64,000 nucleotides of DNA from Psammoneis japonica (GCA_008632985.1 QPGO01000003.1:682001-746000); one strand, 5' to 3'; positions 51,310 through 63,883 are shown, counted from the first letter of the stretch. Made by a program: numbers and translations. Notes: generated by a model not told the origin, from the letters alone.

Positions 51310-52340
51310 GGCATGCTCTTTCCAAGGCAGGCACTCTGGCGACACTTTGCTTGCTCCCTCATGCCCCACTGCTCTGCAATGTTGACAGTTCAACAGTTGT
51401 TGGTGACTTCCAAGTTCAAATTGGTTCTTCGATACAAGGCCTCCAGTCCAGCCCTTGTCACACATGTGAAGGAGAAGTGCGGGTGGTCTGATGAGGTGTG
51501 TGACTCAATCGACTGGCAGGTTCATTCCAAACTGATGTCTCACAACATCCGACGCAAGGTGACGGGCACTGTGAAACTCATCCAAGATTTGCCACCTGCA
51601 AATGAAATTGTCCACCAATGCAATCCTGCGTGCCCCAACTGCTGCACACATTGCCAACATCCCCTCAAAGATGGGGACCATGTTTTGAGTTGCCACTGCA
51701 ATGAATCATGTCGGCGCACTTTCCTGCAAGGCTTGTGGAAGAAATGTGACAACATCAATGCCTCTCCCTTGACAAGGGACCTGTTGTTACATGCCTTGGA
51801 AGGTTGGTTTCATGAAGACATGCTTTGCTCCAAAGAAGTCCACCACAGCGTTGCAGATGTGTTTCGATCTCAGGATGCAACAGGCTGGCGACATGTTTTC
51901 AGTGGTTGGTTTTCTTCCTTGTGGAATGAGGCCCAAACATCACATTTGATGTCCTCCAGCACGTGTTGCTCCTTGTCAGATAAAGACCAATGTTTGGGCT
52001 GGACGGCAATGATTGGCAGCTGCATGTGGTCACAATGGTGGGATCCATGGATGACCACAACGATGCAGTGCACGGACACGATTCGAAACAAGACAGTCTT
52101 TGCAATGGCAAGATGCTGAAGCAGAGGTCCAACAATCTGTTCCAGAGCTGACAGTGCTCAGCCCATGACCAAGCTCAGTTGTTTGATTCAGCAGATGAGC
52201 ATCTCACTCACTCTACCCACAGAATCCAAAATTGGCTGGCCATGACAAGGCCAATGTTCAAGTGAGTGTCCGCAAAGCCTGCATCTGGCAGTTCAAGGCA
52301 CGCATGCCATTGCAAGCCACTTTGGTGCAGCATCACCTGA
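51310..52340 (+). mobile_element. 3' part of a non-LTR retrotransposon ORF (C-terminal CCHC region)
   Basis: KEKCGWSDEVCDSIDWQVH...VKLIQDLPP...CTHCQHPLKDGDHVLSC...QDATGWRHVFSGWFSSLW resembles diatom LINE C-termini. Confidence 0.7.
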
Positions 52341-52510
52341 GGGTGATGCCGATCTTGGCTAATTGACACATGCTCCTGCCACACCTGGTGTGCTGGGAGT
52401 GTGGGTTAGCTTGTTGCCGGAGTTGCAGGGTGGAAGCACAGCAGCACTTAAAAATTGGACTTTGGGTTTTGTTTTGGACTCAGCAACTGCACTCAACATT
52501 TTGCACTTTA

Positions 52511-52765
52511 ACCTCAGTCAATGCAGAGGTGTGATGTTTGCCTGCACTCAGAGGTGGCCATCAGCTGTGTTTGGCACACCGTCTGCGCAGTCTTCACCAG
52601 ACAGACACACTCTGTGTGGGTGTGTCATTTTGCACCTCAGTCTTGGCAAACACAGAGGTGTGACAGGCAACTCTTTCAACAGGATTGCTGTTGTGCTGCG
52701 GGCTGATTGCACATTGGACAACCCCAAAACCAGTCTTGGCAAACACGGAGGTGTGATGTTTGCAA
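52511..52765. repeat. Three short related repeats (CAGTCTTGGCAAACACRGAGGTGTGA) about 100-120 bp apart
   Basis: Copies begin near 52511 (degenerate), 52634 and 52729. Confidence 0.6.
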
Positions 52766-53369
52766 CAGATGCTGCACAAAAAGCTTTCATCCAACCTGGC
52801 CACTGAGTGGCCAATGAGGGCGACAATTTTTCAAAATTGAAGCGTGCCAAAAACCAAGCATTTGTGACTTTTTGCATCAAAAGTGAAAAACAAAGTTGTC
52901 AAAATCCAAGTTCACCCAATCTTTCAGCTGCACAAACAGACAAACATGGCTTCAGTCTCAGCAACATGGCCTCAATCATCTGATCAGGCAGCACATGCAG
53001 CACATGCAGTGGTGCTTTCAGCCCCTTTTTCCTCTTTGGGATGAATTTTGTTGAGAATGATCATCACAACACTCTCCATGCAGTCAATGATGTCAATTGA
53101 ATGTGGCACACAGCAAAAAAGACAAGGTAAAATGTGGTGGCTTTTGTGTGCAAAAATGCAACAGATCGTTTGTCTCACAAAAAATTGTTCCTGTGTCATG
53201 TTGACACAAGTGCATTCCTAAATCCTGTGTCATGTTGACACAAGTGTAAGCCACAAAGCATCCAGAGCAAAGGCCGAGGCAAAAGCAGAGCCTTGTGAAG
53301 CTAAAACCAAAGTGGCAGATCCAATGCCCCCACATTGTCCCTTTTTTGCACCTTGTGTGCAGAATGCAA

Positions 53370-54830
53370 CAGCTCATTTGTTGAAAAAAATCAACATTGC
53401 ATCATGTGACCACAAATGCAAGCCATGAGGCACCCAGAGCAGTTGACACAGCAAGGGATGCAGGCAAACCAGAGTTGTGATTGCTCTGAATGTCAAAAAA
53501 GATTGGAGTGATGTCCTCGACAATTTTGGTGCCTCGGGATGAAAAACTGGGTGTGCTGAAATCAAACATTGGCAAACAGATGTCTTGTTGGTCAAGAGAC
53601 CCAACAAACAAGGGAAAAGTCAAAAAAGTGTACCTTGTCAAGTGCACTTGAGTGCACTGTGACCCTTGCGTGCATTTCTACGTGGGACCACACCAGCTGC
53701 AGCATGGCCAAATTTTGCAAGTGTGTTGTGCACTGTGCCACATTCCACACTGGTGTGTGCTGGCAAATGATGAAACGCATTGCACCAAGCAGTGGACAAT
53801 GCTCCAATGAACATGACAAAAGCCAACAATGTGCAGACAAAGCAGTTCTAAATTGGACAAAGAAAAGAGTTGTTGTTTGCAGAAAACTTGAAAACTCAGC
53901 CTCAAATCACATGCTGCACATTTTTGCAGAAGTTTTGCCAAACAAGATGGAAATGCAGACTGGGACCCACTGCTGCAACATTGCATCAAACTGCAAAGAG
54001 AAGGTGACATTGATCTGCCCCTGGAAGTCAGCATCAACAACAAATCCCTCCACAGAGTCAGTTTGCATGGGCGATGCTGCCTCTCTCAGCATGTCAATCA
54101 TGTCTTGGTCTTGCATGACAATGTGAGCATCATCTGTGGTGAGCTGCTCAGAAACAATGAAGCTCTGGTTCACTTCCTTTCGGAAACTCACAAGGCTGGC
54201 AATGGTGGAGCTCATCCCTGTTTCCTTTGAGATCTTCTTCCTCATGTTTTTCACATGGTCTTTGTTGTGAAGAGCGGGATGAATCTGTGACACTGCACTT
54301 GAGGCCTGGTTGCAGCCCCAAGTCTCAGCTGTGCTGGAGTCAACTCAGGAGCAGCTCTGACAAGCTCTGCAAGCTTTCCTTGTGCTGCCATTGGGAGCTT
54401 TGATGGTGGGGGTCTTGGGTGTTGGTGCCTCCCTTTGTGGCTCATGAGCCAAGAGATGGCACTGACTTCTTGACAGGTCAGCAGGCAGGTGCACTCTTTG
54501 TGCTCCAATTTTGACTCTTGCTCATGATTGGGGCACACCAGCTTGGGAGGGAGTGGTGACCCAAACTTCTTCCTTCCTGTCTGAGGCTGCGGGGCCTTTC
54601 AAGAAACTCTCCACAAAGGGAGCAAACAAAGACACCCATGCAGCATTTGCAAACTTTTCTCAAGCCCTCTGTGGATTTTTTAGTTGAGCAAGTGCCCATT
54701 GCCCAGCCTGTTGTGGGGGAGAATGCACCCAAGCCTTTGGCCCACCACTGCATCTTGCAGTTCGGAAACTCATGCTCTTCCACCACAGCCTTTTTTGAGC
54801 TCATGACAGGGGGCTTGACAGCCTCAGAAG
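53370..54830 (-). mobile_element. Decayed Mutator-like transposase with N-terminal GCM-like zinc domain
   Basis: GWAM...KVCKCCMGVFVCSLC...ERP, CP...LEHKECTC...HKGRHQHPRPP (GCM pattern), then QTDSVEGFV...INVTF...WVPVCISILFGKTS (DDE core start). Confidence 0.55.
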
Positions 54831-56966
54831 CAGCAGCTGAGGGGTGCCTGTCCTCTGCATGGGTGAACCCTGGGCTGGGTGTGCCTGGAGCTGACCTCAG
54901 CCTCCATCACCCGGAAGATTTCAGTCACCCTCTGCTGAGACTGAATCTGCTCCATTCTTGCTTGTGACAAAAGAAACTGGTGGAAAAAATTCCTGTCTAG
55001 AGCACATTCTTCATGCTGGGACAAGCTTCTCCCATCATCTTGTGAGTCATCCCCATCCATTGTGGTGGCAACAGGTGCTCTCCTCTCCCTGGAAGAATGA
55101 GAGTGTGTGGCTGTGGCTGACGGTCCTCTGCAAAAAACAAAATTGGGATGCCACATTTGACAGGTTGGTCAGACAAACAGCCCACATGGTGCAACTGTGA
55201 AGAAATTGGGGGGTTTTCACTCACCAAGCAGTGCTGCAGTGCTGCAGTGCTGCAGTGCTTCTTTACAAGGCGGGAAAGGCAAATCAAATGCAAGATGTGG
55301 AACATGTGGAATTCAACAGAAATTTTGTGCGGCATGGAAACACCGCATGTTGCATGATTTGTGTTGCATGCACACAGAGCAGAAACAGCACTGCAGCAAC
55401 AATGGCAAATGAATCAGACAAACAACGAAAGATGATGCAAATGCGACAAATGCGCAAAATGACAAACAAAAACATTGACATGAAGGGAAAAAATCAAGGC
55501 AGACAATGGCGGCTGCAGTCACCTTGTTGATTGCACTTTGCGCTGTGGACAATTTCGGTTGAGTTGTGTGTGGTTGTGTGCGATGCACAGCACAGGAAAT
55601 TCTGCTGAGTTTTCGTGGGACTTGGTGTTGGACGTCAACAACAACAACAACACTTTCTGCATGGAAACTCAGTGCAGTGACACACAGAGTGCACTCAATT
55701 GATCAATCACCACCTGTGCAGAAATGTGCAGGACATGCACCAAAAACCTCCAACTTTGCTTTTTGGGTGATCTGGTTGCAATCAAGACAGTGCCAAAAGG
55801 CCAAAGCAACTGACAATGAAAACTTGTGCATCACATCGTGTGACACATGATGGAATTTTGGGAGAAAAAATGGGCTGAAATTGATGCATTGACCAGTCTC
55901 AACAATTGCAAATCAAGGTGCACTTAGTTTGCCATTTGCGACCAAGCCACGACTTGCGCAGGAATGCACAGAAAATGTGCCAGGCTCCAGAATTTTCACT
56001 TTTTGATGATCTAGTTGCGATTGAAATGGTGCCAAATGACCAAAGCAATTGACCACCTGCACTTCTGCGGATGATGGAAAACCACATTGCAGAACTCTGG
56101 GAGAAAAACTGGGCTGAAAATGATGACTGTGTTGGACTTGTCGAATGGAACACAAAGCACACTAAAAAGCACACTTACGACTGAAAAGCACACTTGCGAC
56201 TGAAGTCGCACGTAGAATTCCACATGGTCATCTGGTGCACAAAAAAGGGTACACTTCAAGTGCACTTGAGTGCACTCATTTGTCTTTCCTCAACAAACAA
56301 CCACATCTGCCTCAAATCTCCACACTGTGAATCTGGAGTGTGCAATGGTCAATTCCATGACCATGGTTCCCACCCCTTTCTGTTGCTTTTGCACTGACAG
56401 TGTTCCTCACAGGTTTGCAGAAACAAACTGTGTCCTCATGCTGACCCAGGAGCTGAAGGTTGATGTGTCACTTGGATCAAACTCTTCATTCACTCCTGCT
56501 GTGAAGATTGTTGAACACTGGGCAGCAAGAGACAAAGGAATTGGATGCCACCAAACGTGCCCTGATGGAGTGCTTTGAACGCAATGAGTCACAAAAGCAC
56601 GATCATGACGGCAATCTCAAAACAATGGCAAGCGACAATAAGAAGAAATCAGAAACGCCGGTGAGTGTCAACAAGCAAGAGGCGTCCAAACACACGGTGG
56701 AAGAAGCGCGCAAAACGCGACAAGCACACAATGCAAGTAAAAAGACGGAACAAATAAAGACCAAAGAAGCCAAGGAGGCCAAGCAAAAGCTAAAGGAAGA
56801 ACGAGAGTGTTTATTAAAATACGAAGGGTAGTTGCTGAATCTCCCTTGCAAGCTAATTTTCATGCAGTGTCGTAATTCAGTGCTTCGATCCTTGGTCCAA
56901 CTGTAGGCATTTGACTTCCCAGTTCAGTCGCTGTACAAGAACCAGAGGCAGTGTGCCAACACCACT

Positions 56967-58294
56967 CTATTCTACTAAATGAAAGAGCTTCCGTAGCTCT
57001 TTGTCAGTAGTTTTCTTTTCCTGTTTACTCCATTCAATCACTTTCCCAAACGCTTGACTCAATCTTAGTGCCGTTGGCCTGTTATTTGGATCGGACTGAA
57101 AGCAAGCTTTGTACGCAGTGATCAAGCCCCGCTCCTCAATCATTGTAGAGTTGGCAATTCTTTCTGGCAAGAAGGGCAAGATACCGTTCAATTTGTTTTG
57201 CACCATTGTTTCCTTGGGTGGCGGTCCACCCGGTTCCCAATGGAACGGGTCATGCTTGGTCAAGATAAGAAAGTATATATTACCCAGAGCGAAGATATCA
57301 ACTTTCTCGCTCACGAAAGCCTGATTTCTGATTTCTTCTGGGGCGTTCCATCGTGAATTGATGTAGGAGGGAGGGAATCCACAGGGTTTTTTGGAAGTTG
57401 CGTTGCGCCGAAGTAGCACACCAACATTGAAATCGTTGTATTTGATAAAGCATTTCGAATCTCGAATGAAGTTGGCAATCTTCACATCGTTGTGGCAAAA
57501 TGTTGGCTGTGATGCATTGCCAATGTAATGCAAATCACGCATTCCAATGGCCAAGTCCCGCGCTAAGAAAATGCCATCATGTTTGCTTGTAAAGTTCACG
57601 TTCTGAATCAAAGGGTTCAGTGGCGTTTGACCAAATTCGGTAACAACCGATTGTCCACAAAAGCCATAAACATTTGCTACAAATGGTGAAGATGTGAGTC
57701 TCTCCATTACAATCGCGTCCACAATGGCATGTGGGTACGACACCTCATTGAATTCCTGTTCGAAACGCAACGTTTTCAATACGAACCACTTCTCACCCAG
57801 ACGAACTTTCCAAACCAATCTCCACGAACCTCGTCCAAGAACTTGCATTTCTGTACTATCACGTTCGAAAGCCCCATCAATATCAATTTCATGGAAAGAA
57901 TTGCACGTTGAATGAAATTGCGTCTGCCAATCACCATAAGGTTCGCAATCTTCATAGAAAGGACGATCGAATTTATTGATTGGGATCGGTTTAGATATGC
58001 AAACATTCGTACCAATGGGATAAACCGATCTGAGAGTATGATTTGTTGGTTTTGAAGCAAGAGACGGATACAGCAGTATGATTCTTGGTCTTGCTACAAA
58101 TGTTGAGTTCGCTTGTTTCTTTTGTGCCTCGACTGTGGTGTTGAAATCGAAATTCTTACGTACTCGACAACACCAGAGTCACCGATGAGAAAGAAGGCAT
58201 AACAGAGAGCTAGAATTGCTGTGGACCGTCGCCACGTGCTCCATGAACATCTACTTTGACGCGGTTCTCCGGTTGACAACATTGCTTCGACCAT
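56967..58294 (-). CDS. Protein kinase with N-terminal membrane anchor; probable intron at about 58090-58160 (exact junctions uncertain)
   Basis: LGRGSWRLVW, VLKTL, HNDVKIANF, NDFN, WNAPEE, EKVDIFALG, DPNNRP. The upstream frame continues DCEPYGDWQTQFHSTCNSFHEI. Confidence 0.8.
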
Positions 58295-58625
58295 GACAAC
58301 TTGCTGTAAGAGAAGGAATCGAAAACACCTAACACCCAACACCCAGCTACTGTAACTAACTAACACGTCGTACCTATTTTGTTACGACTGTCGATTGATT
58401 GTCGTGGTGTCGGTTGTCGGTTGTCGTTGCCGGCGGCAAATTTTAATAGTATGTATTTATATACGTACATTTGAATAAGAATATATATTAAAATCATACT
58501 GGCATACAGTAAGGACTTCGGGGCGGATTTCAGATTGCGGCGATGAGCGATGAGGATGAGGCGATGACGCCGTAGTACGTCGTTGAGGTTTTTCCCTTTA
58601 CGCCATCTTCATTCTCCAGCTGATC

Positions 58626-60291
58626 ATGGCAGAAACTCAAGCGGCCACAAGCGCCTCCGACCATGATGTTGACGGTCAACTTGACAGCAAGTTTGTTCGC
58701 GTCATGAATTTGCATGAGACTGGGATCAGTGTCGAACAGTTCGTCAAAGGTGGAGCGTCGACAGATTGTGACGGACTGTCACATTGGACTGGTCGATGGG
58801 CTTCCTGGAACTGGCAAATCATCCACGTTGTGGTGGTCACTTTGACAACTGCTGGCAGAAGGCATTTGGCTTCTCTGGACACACCTCGATCGGTGCGGAA
58901 ACGTCCATGATGTGGTCCACAGCAAACGGAAGTTTGCTCATCCGACCGACGGATTAGGTCGAATGGGATGCCCTGATCAAATCTTTGGATGATCTGTCCG
59001 AACAATGTTCAGCCATTGTGTTTGACGGGGTCAACCACATGAACTTCAACCAAGCAGTTCTCGCTTTGCGCAAATTTGCACTGAAAAGAACTTGTCTGAC
59101 CGCTGCGGTTTCACTGCAATGTCCAACAAAATTTAGAGAGAGCATGAACACAACCTGGACAAATGGGTGGAAAAACAGAAAGATGGAGTTTTTGTGGCAC
59201 AATTCTGTCATGCGCAGCACTCATGGACTCTTCTGGAAGAACATTTGAGCGCACGCGCAAACACCGATGGATCTGCTGCTGCACTCTTGGAGGAAGTGCT
59301 CCCTTCATTTGAGAAGGAGTGGAACACAGACATGACAGGCCAGAAAGCTTTGAAAACAAAAAAACATCAAAGCAACAGGAAGGCCAAACAACATGTGTCA
59401 GTCCAAGAAGCAGTGACCCAGAAACATGCATGTGCTGGCGGTTCCATGCGATGGATGGCATCGGAAACGGCAGAGTCGATGTCTGACTTGATTGCGGGTT
59501 GCCTCACAGAATGCATCCAATTGGACACTCTGGCAAACATCACGCTTGGACAGGAGTCACCCCACTGAAAAACTCATCTTCATTCTTCCACACCAGATGA
59601 CCATGGTCTGCCAGTTCGTTCATTGCTCAGCCAGCATGCAACTGTTTTGGCCGTTCAACTCCTTGGATCAGCTGAAACTAAAACCTTGCATCAACATGCA
59701 ATGAGACTCAAGAATCCACCATTCCTGGGTTGGGTGATTGAAGCAGATGTGATGCAGCAGTGCAAGAGTGGACCTTTGTTTCTTCAGGGGAGGGATCAAA
59801 CACGCGTCCAGTTTGCAATGAAGGGAGAAGATCCCACTGAATTCAACCCCAACTTGCTTGACGATGCAGCTTTGGCAAAATTGATGGCCCCACCAGGCAT
59901 GGAATCATGTGCATGGAAGTCTATGTGGTGGAACCAAGGTGGGCATGACACAGTTTTTGTGACGGCTGCTCCTGGTGTGGCGTTGCATCTTCGGTTTGGA
60001 CAAGTGACGAAATCATTGACACACTCCTTGAAGCTCCAGCATTTTTCTGAAGCAGTCAGCTCTCTTGTTGGAGCTGGCCACAGAATCGTCAAAGTTGAAA
60101 TTGCTCTCATTGCTTTGAAGGATGACATGCAGGGATTTTGTGTGATGCCAAGTGAAGCATTTGGTCGTGGTCTCCTGTCACATGCCAACTCACCAACACA
60201 GAACAAGAAGTGTGGGCAAAGGGCAAAGAGGAAAAGCTTTGTCGCTGTGTGCGGCATTGATTTGAGCCAGATGGGCCACATTTCACAGTGA
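58626..60291 (+). pseudogene. Decayed Crinkler-like P-loop NTPase plus restriction-endonuclease-fold gene
   Basis: Walker A VDGLPGTGKSS (about 58792-58824), AIVFDG, AGGSMRWM, GWVIEAD, and WNQGGHD...LRFGQVTKSLTHSLKL. Frameshifts and stops present. Confidence 0.6.
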
Positions 60292-61962
60292 CAAGATTCC
60301 ATGTGCCTGGCATTGGTGCAAGTGGCTCAAAATGACAGGATTGATGCAATGCACCCCCCGCATCACTGTGTCCAATTCACCTCTCAAGTGAGAATTTTTT
60401 TCTAGAAACTCAGTGCTTGGAGAATCAGCAATGTCCTCAGCATCATTTGAATCTTCATAAGTTAGATCCTCTCTGCTCCCCAAGAAGGTGAGACGATCAC
60501 CTCCCAGTGCTTCAAGTTCCTCTGCATTCTCACAGAAAAGAGCCGGAGCTTGTTTACATCCTGGTTTGGCATGGGGGGCTTCAGTGTTTGTGTTGCCCAG
60601 ATGAGTCCCTGCCAGTCTCATCTTCATTGAAAGCATTGAGATTTCCATTGTTGACAGCATCCAAAAACAAGGGATCACTTCCCACTGCTTCAATTTCAAA
60701 CTGCCATCTGTCACAAAACTTGCACATCATGTGAACAAACACATTTCCCATCTGCCTTTTCAGCTTCTGACCACCATCTTTCTCATTGTTGGCAATGCTG
60801 GAGGCTCAAAAAATTGACACATGGGCCCCAGCATGTCATCCACAGTGTTGGTGCGGGGTCACAAATTGAAAACATGCACAGCCGATGGCCCAGATGCAGA
60901 TGAAAGTGGAACAGATTGGGGTGCCGTTGGCCAAAAAATGACAAAAACAATCACTCTTAACTTGTGACAAAACAGTGGCACAATGGATTTTTGACCAAGG
61001 AGACTTTTCTCTTTTCTGTGAGCAGCACAAAATTGGCAAGAAGTGTGGAGCTGAGCTGTGAGCACATTTTGCTCAGCACAGGCTGGATGCAATTTTGAAG
61101 CCCACCATTGTCTGTGGATGATTGTGGCAAGTCTGCCAGCCATTTTCAGACTTGAAGAGTTGGGAATGCTGTGGTTGCTTTGGGGCATCATCTCCTCTTT
61201 TTGTGAGAACTTGCACAACAAACGCAAGCACTGCACTTGTTTTGACCCCCCACATGCAACAGCAGAATTGCAATCACAACTGCACTTGTTGTTGACATTT
61301 GCAAAAAGGCAAGTGCAAAATTCATGCTGGTGTCAAGGAGCCATGCCAAAAATCTGCCAGGGAACTCTTCAATTTTTCCACTTGGTGAGTCAACATTTCC
61401 AACCAAATGAAGCTTGAGCATTTTGTGTTGCTCAAATTTGCAACCGCAAAACCATTTTGCAGACTCAGCAAGTTGGACAGTTTTGTGGTGCTGCTGGCAC
61501 ATGTGGGAGGAGCAAGTGTGTCAACATGGTTTTGTGTGACAACCAACACCTGAGCAAGATTGGCGCAGTTGCTCCTTTTTGTCATGGTTTCCATTGTCCC
61601 AAAAAGGGACACCTGAAATGCATTCAAAGTGAAAGAAAGTCATGGCAAGTGCCATTTCTTCAGTCTGTGCAATTTGTTGTTCACTCTGTTTTGTGTTTTT
61701 GTGAGCTCTTGCTCTTTGCTCTTTAGCCCATGGCTTCTCGTCTGAATTTTGGGGGCTTCTTGGAAGATTGGAAGCCAGGCAAACAGCAACAGCTCTGCTG
61801 AGTTGGTGCAGTGCCTGGTGACAGAGAAAGAAAGAGAGGGAGAGAGAGGGAGCCATTTGAGAAGCCAGCAATGTGTGTGTTGTGGTTGTTCAAGGAGACA
61901 GCAAGTGTTGCAATTTGTTGTGCTTCATCAACTTGTGTCTCAACAAGAATGATCTTAGGATC

Positions 61963-62233
61963 TGTTGGAATGTTGGGGTGAGAGGCAGTTTTCACAACAC
62001 AGACAGACAATGTTGCAGTGCATGAGGTGCTGACAATTGTGAACAACATGGTGAATTTTCACTTGCAACTTGGGTTGAGTTGCAGGTCTTGTGCTCACCT
62101 TTTAGCTTCTGCACCCAGTTGACACAGTGACAGCAGTTGACAGCATTGGGGAAATGTGTTTGTGAGCCATGTGGTGAGTTTGGAGTTGGTGAGACCATGC
62201 ACACACCTGTTGGCAAACTGACAAACTCCAACA
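61963..62233 (+). repeat. 5' LTR (271 bp)
   Basis: TG...CA termini with a 7 bp terminal inverted repeat. Confidence 0.9.
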
Positions 62234-63610
62234 CAGAAGCTGAAAATTCAAAGCACAATGCTCAAAGAAGTGGCATTGTTCAAAGGCCAAGGATTGGAAG
62301 TCATCAAGAATCAAAGAGCACACCAGGCTAGGAAGTTGTCAGGAATCCAAAGATGCACCTCATGTTGGCAGATTGTTGTAAACAAGCTGGCTGGATGAGG
62401 GTGAAGAAACAATCTCTGGAGGGCCTTGCTGCAAATGAGCTGTCAAGAAGGGTCTGATGAAACAGGGTGTGGCAAAGTTGTGTTGGCATCAGTGAGACCA
62501 AGTGTGCAACAGTCGGCAAGTCAAATGTTGGTCTGAAACAACATGGGCAAGGAGACAACTGAGTGCAGAACCACAAAAGATTTGAAGAGTGGGTGCATGA
62601 CATCATTGCTGAACCAAGACTGCAGGCAGATGGTTGCACAGAAACTGCAAGGAAGATTGGTGAGTGTGCCGGAAGAATGTTCAGGCTGGAGATGCAGGTG
62701 TTGGCATCTCTGCTGAGGCAGGAGAGTGCACCAAATGAGCCAGAGCATCTGTCAGGAGACAGCACATTGAAACAGGAAAAAGCAACCTGGTGCAAGCAAT
62801 GTGATCACCATGCAAAACAGAATGCAACAACCTGCAAGACACAGAAGGCAAAGGCATTTGATGCAACCATGGGACAATGTGCAAAGGCCACCCACAACAA
62901 GACTGCTGAAAGAGTGATGGAGTTCATGAGAGTCATGAAGGAGTGGGACATGGCAACACTGTTGGCAATTGCTTCTCAAGTCAATCTTGTTTGATGCAAA
63001 TTATGAGAAGATGTGTTTGCATGTCCAGGTGGTCAAAGCTTGGAGAAGCAGTTGGCACCAATTTGTCAAGATGAAGGAGAGGCACTTCAAGGTCAACACA
63101 ATTGGCTCACAAGCATTGTTGAGATGGCAGAAACATCCTGTGGCAGGATCATCTTAGAGGAAATCACCAAGACAGAAGATGGGTTCAGCAAGAATGCTGA
63201 CAACACCTGGAACAAAGAAAGAAACAAGTTGTCAGTGGCAATGCTGATGGAAGGCATCAAGGCACATTGGCACATCTTGAACAAAGACCTGCATTGGCAG
63301 TTTGCACTGGGGGCAGACAACAATTGTTCCAATTCAGCTGAGGAGGCACTGCAGGTGTTGAACACATGTGAGACTGACAAGAAGCCCAAGGGCACAAGTT
63401 TTGCACAGAACAAGAAGAAGCAGGTTAAATGCTGGAAATGTGGGTGAGGCTGGCCATGTGAAAAAGGGTTGCCCTGACAACAATGATGTGGGCCACAGAA
63501 ATTGGCAGAGCAGTTGAAGTGGTGTTGGGTGGCATGGTTTCCAAGTGTCATCCTCCTGTGCTGCTTGATGTGTGTGAGGTGAGTCAATTGACGGCTTGTG
63601 TGAAGGAGTG

Positions 63611-63883
63611 TGTTGGAAAACATTGGGATGGTGAGAGGCAGTTTTTGCAGGACAGACAGGTGGTGTTGCAGTGCAAGATGCACTGATGATTGTGGACAAT
63701 GTGGCAAATTTGCACTTGCAACTTGGGTTGAGTTGCGGGTCTTGTGCTCAATTTTTGGTTTCTGCACCTGGTTGACATGGGGCAATGGTGGCTGGCAGCA
63801 AATGTGTGTGTGAGCCATGTGGCCAGCTTGGAGTTAACAGGACCAAGCGCACACCTGTCAGCAAGTGCCATGAAACTCCAACA
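63611..63883 (+). repeat. 3' LTR (273 bp)
   Basis: Colinear with the 5' LTR, same termini. Confidence 0.9.

Larger units (their letters stand above)
36720..56735. other. Hypermutated domain 4
   Basis: About 20 kb of TA/CG-depleted DNA containing TE and gene relics. Confidence 0.9.
61963..63883 (+). mobile_element. Structurally complete 1921 bp gag-only copia-type LTR element with GGATC target-site duplication
   Basis: LTRs 61963-62233 and 63611-63883, each TGTTGGA...TCCAACA. GGATC at 61958-61962 and 63884-63888. Purine-rich GAAGGAGTG precedes the 3' LTR. Internal gag relic (KAKAF..MGQC, GTSFAQ..CWKCG..GH....CP). Confidence 0.9.

Noticed and set aside
52511..52765. CRISPR-like repeat-spacer array
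   Set aside because: Only three degenerate copies with long uneven spacing, a eukaryotic context and no cas genes.
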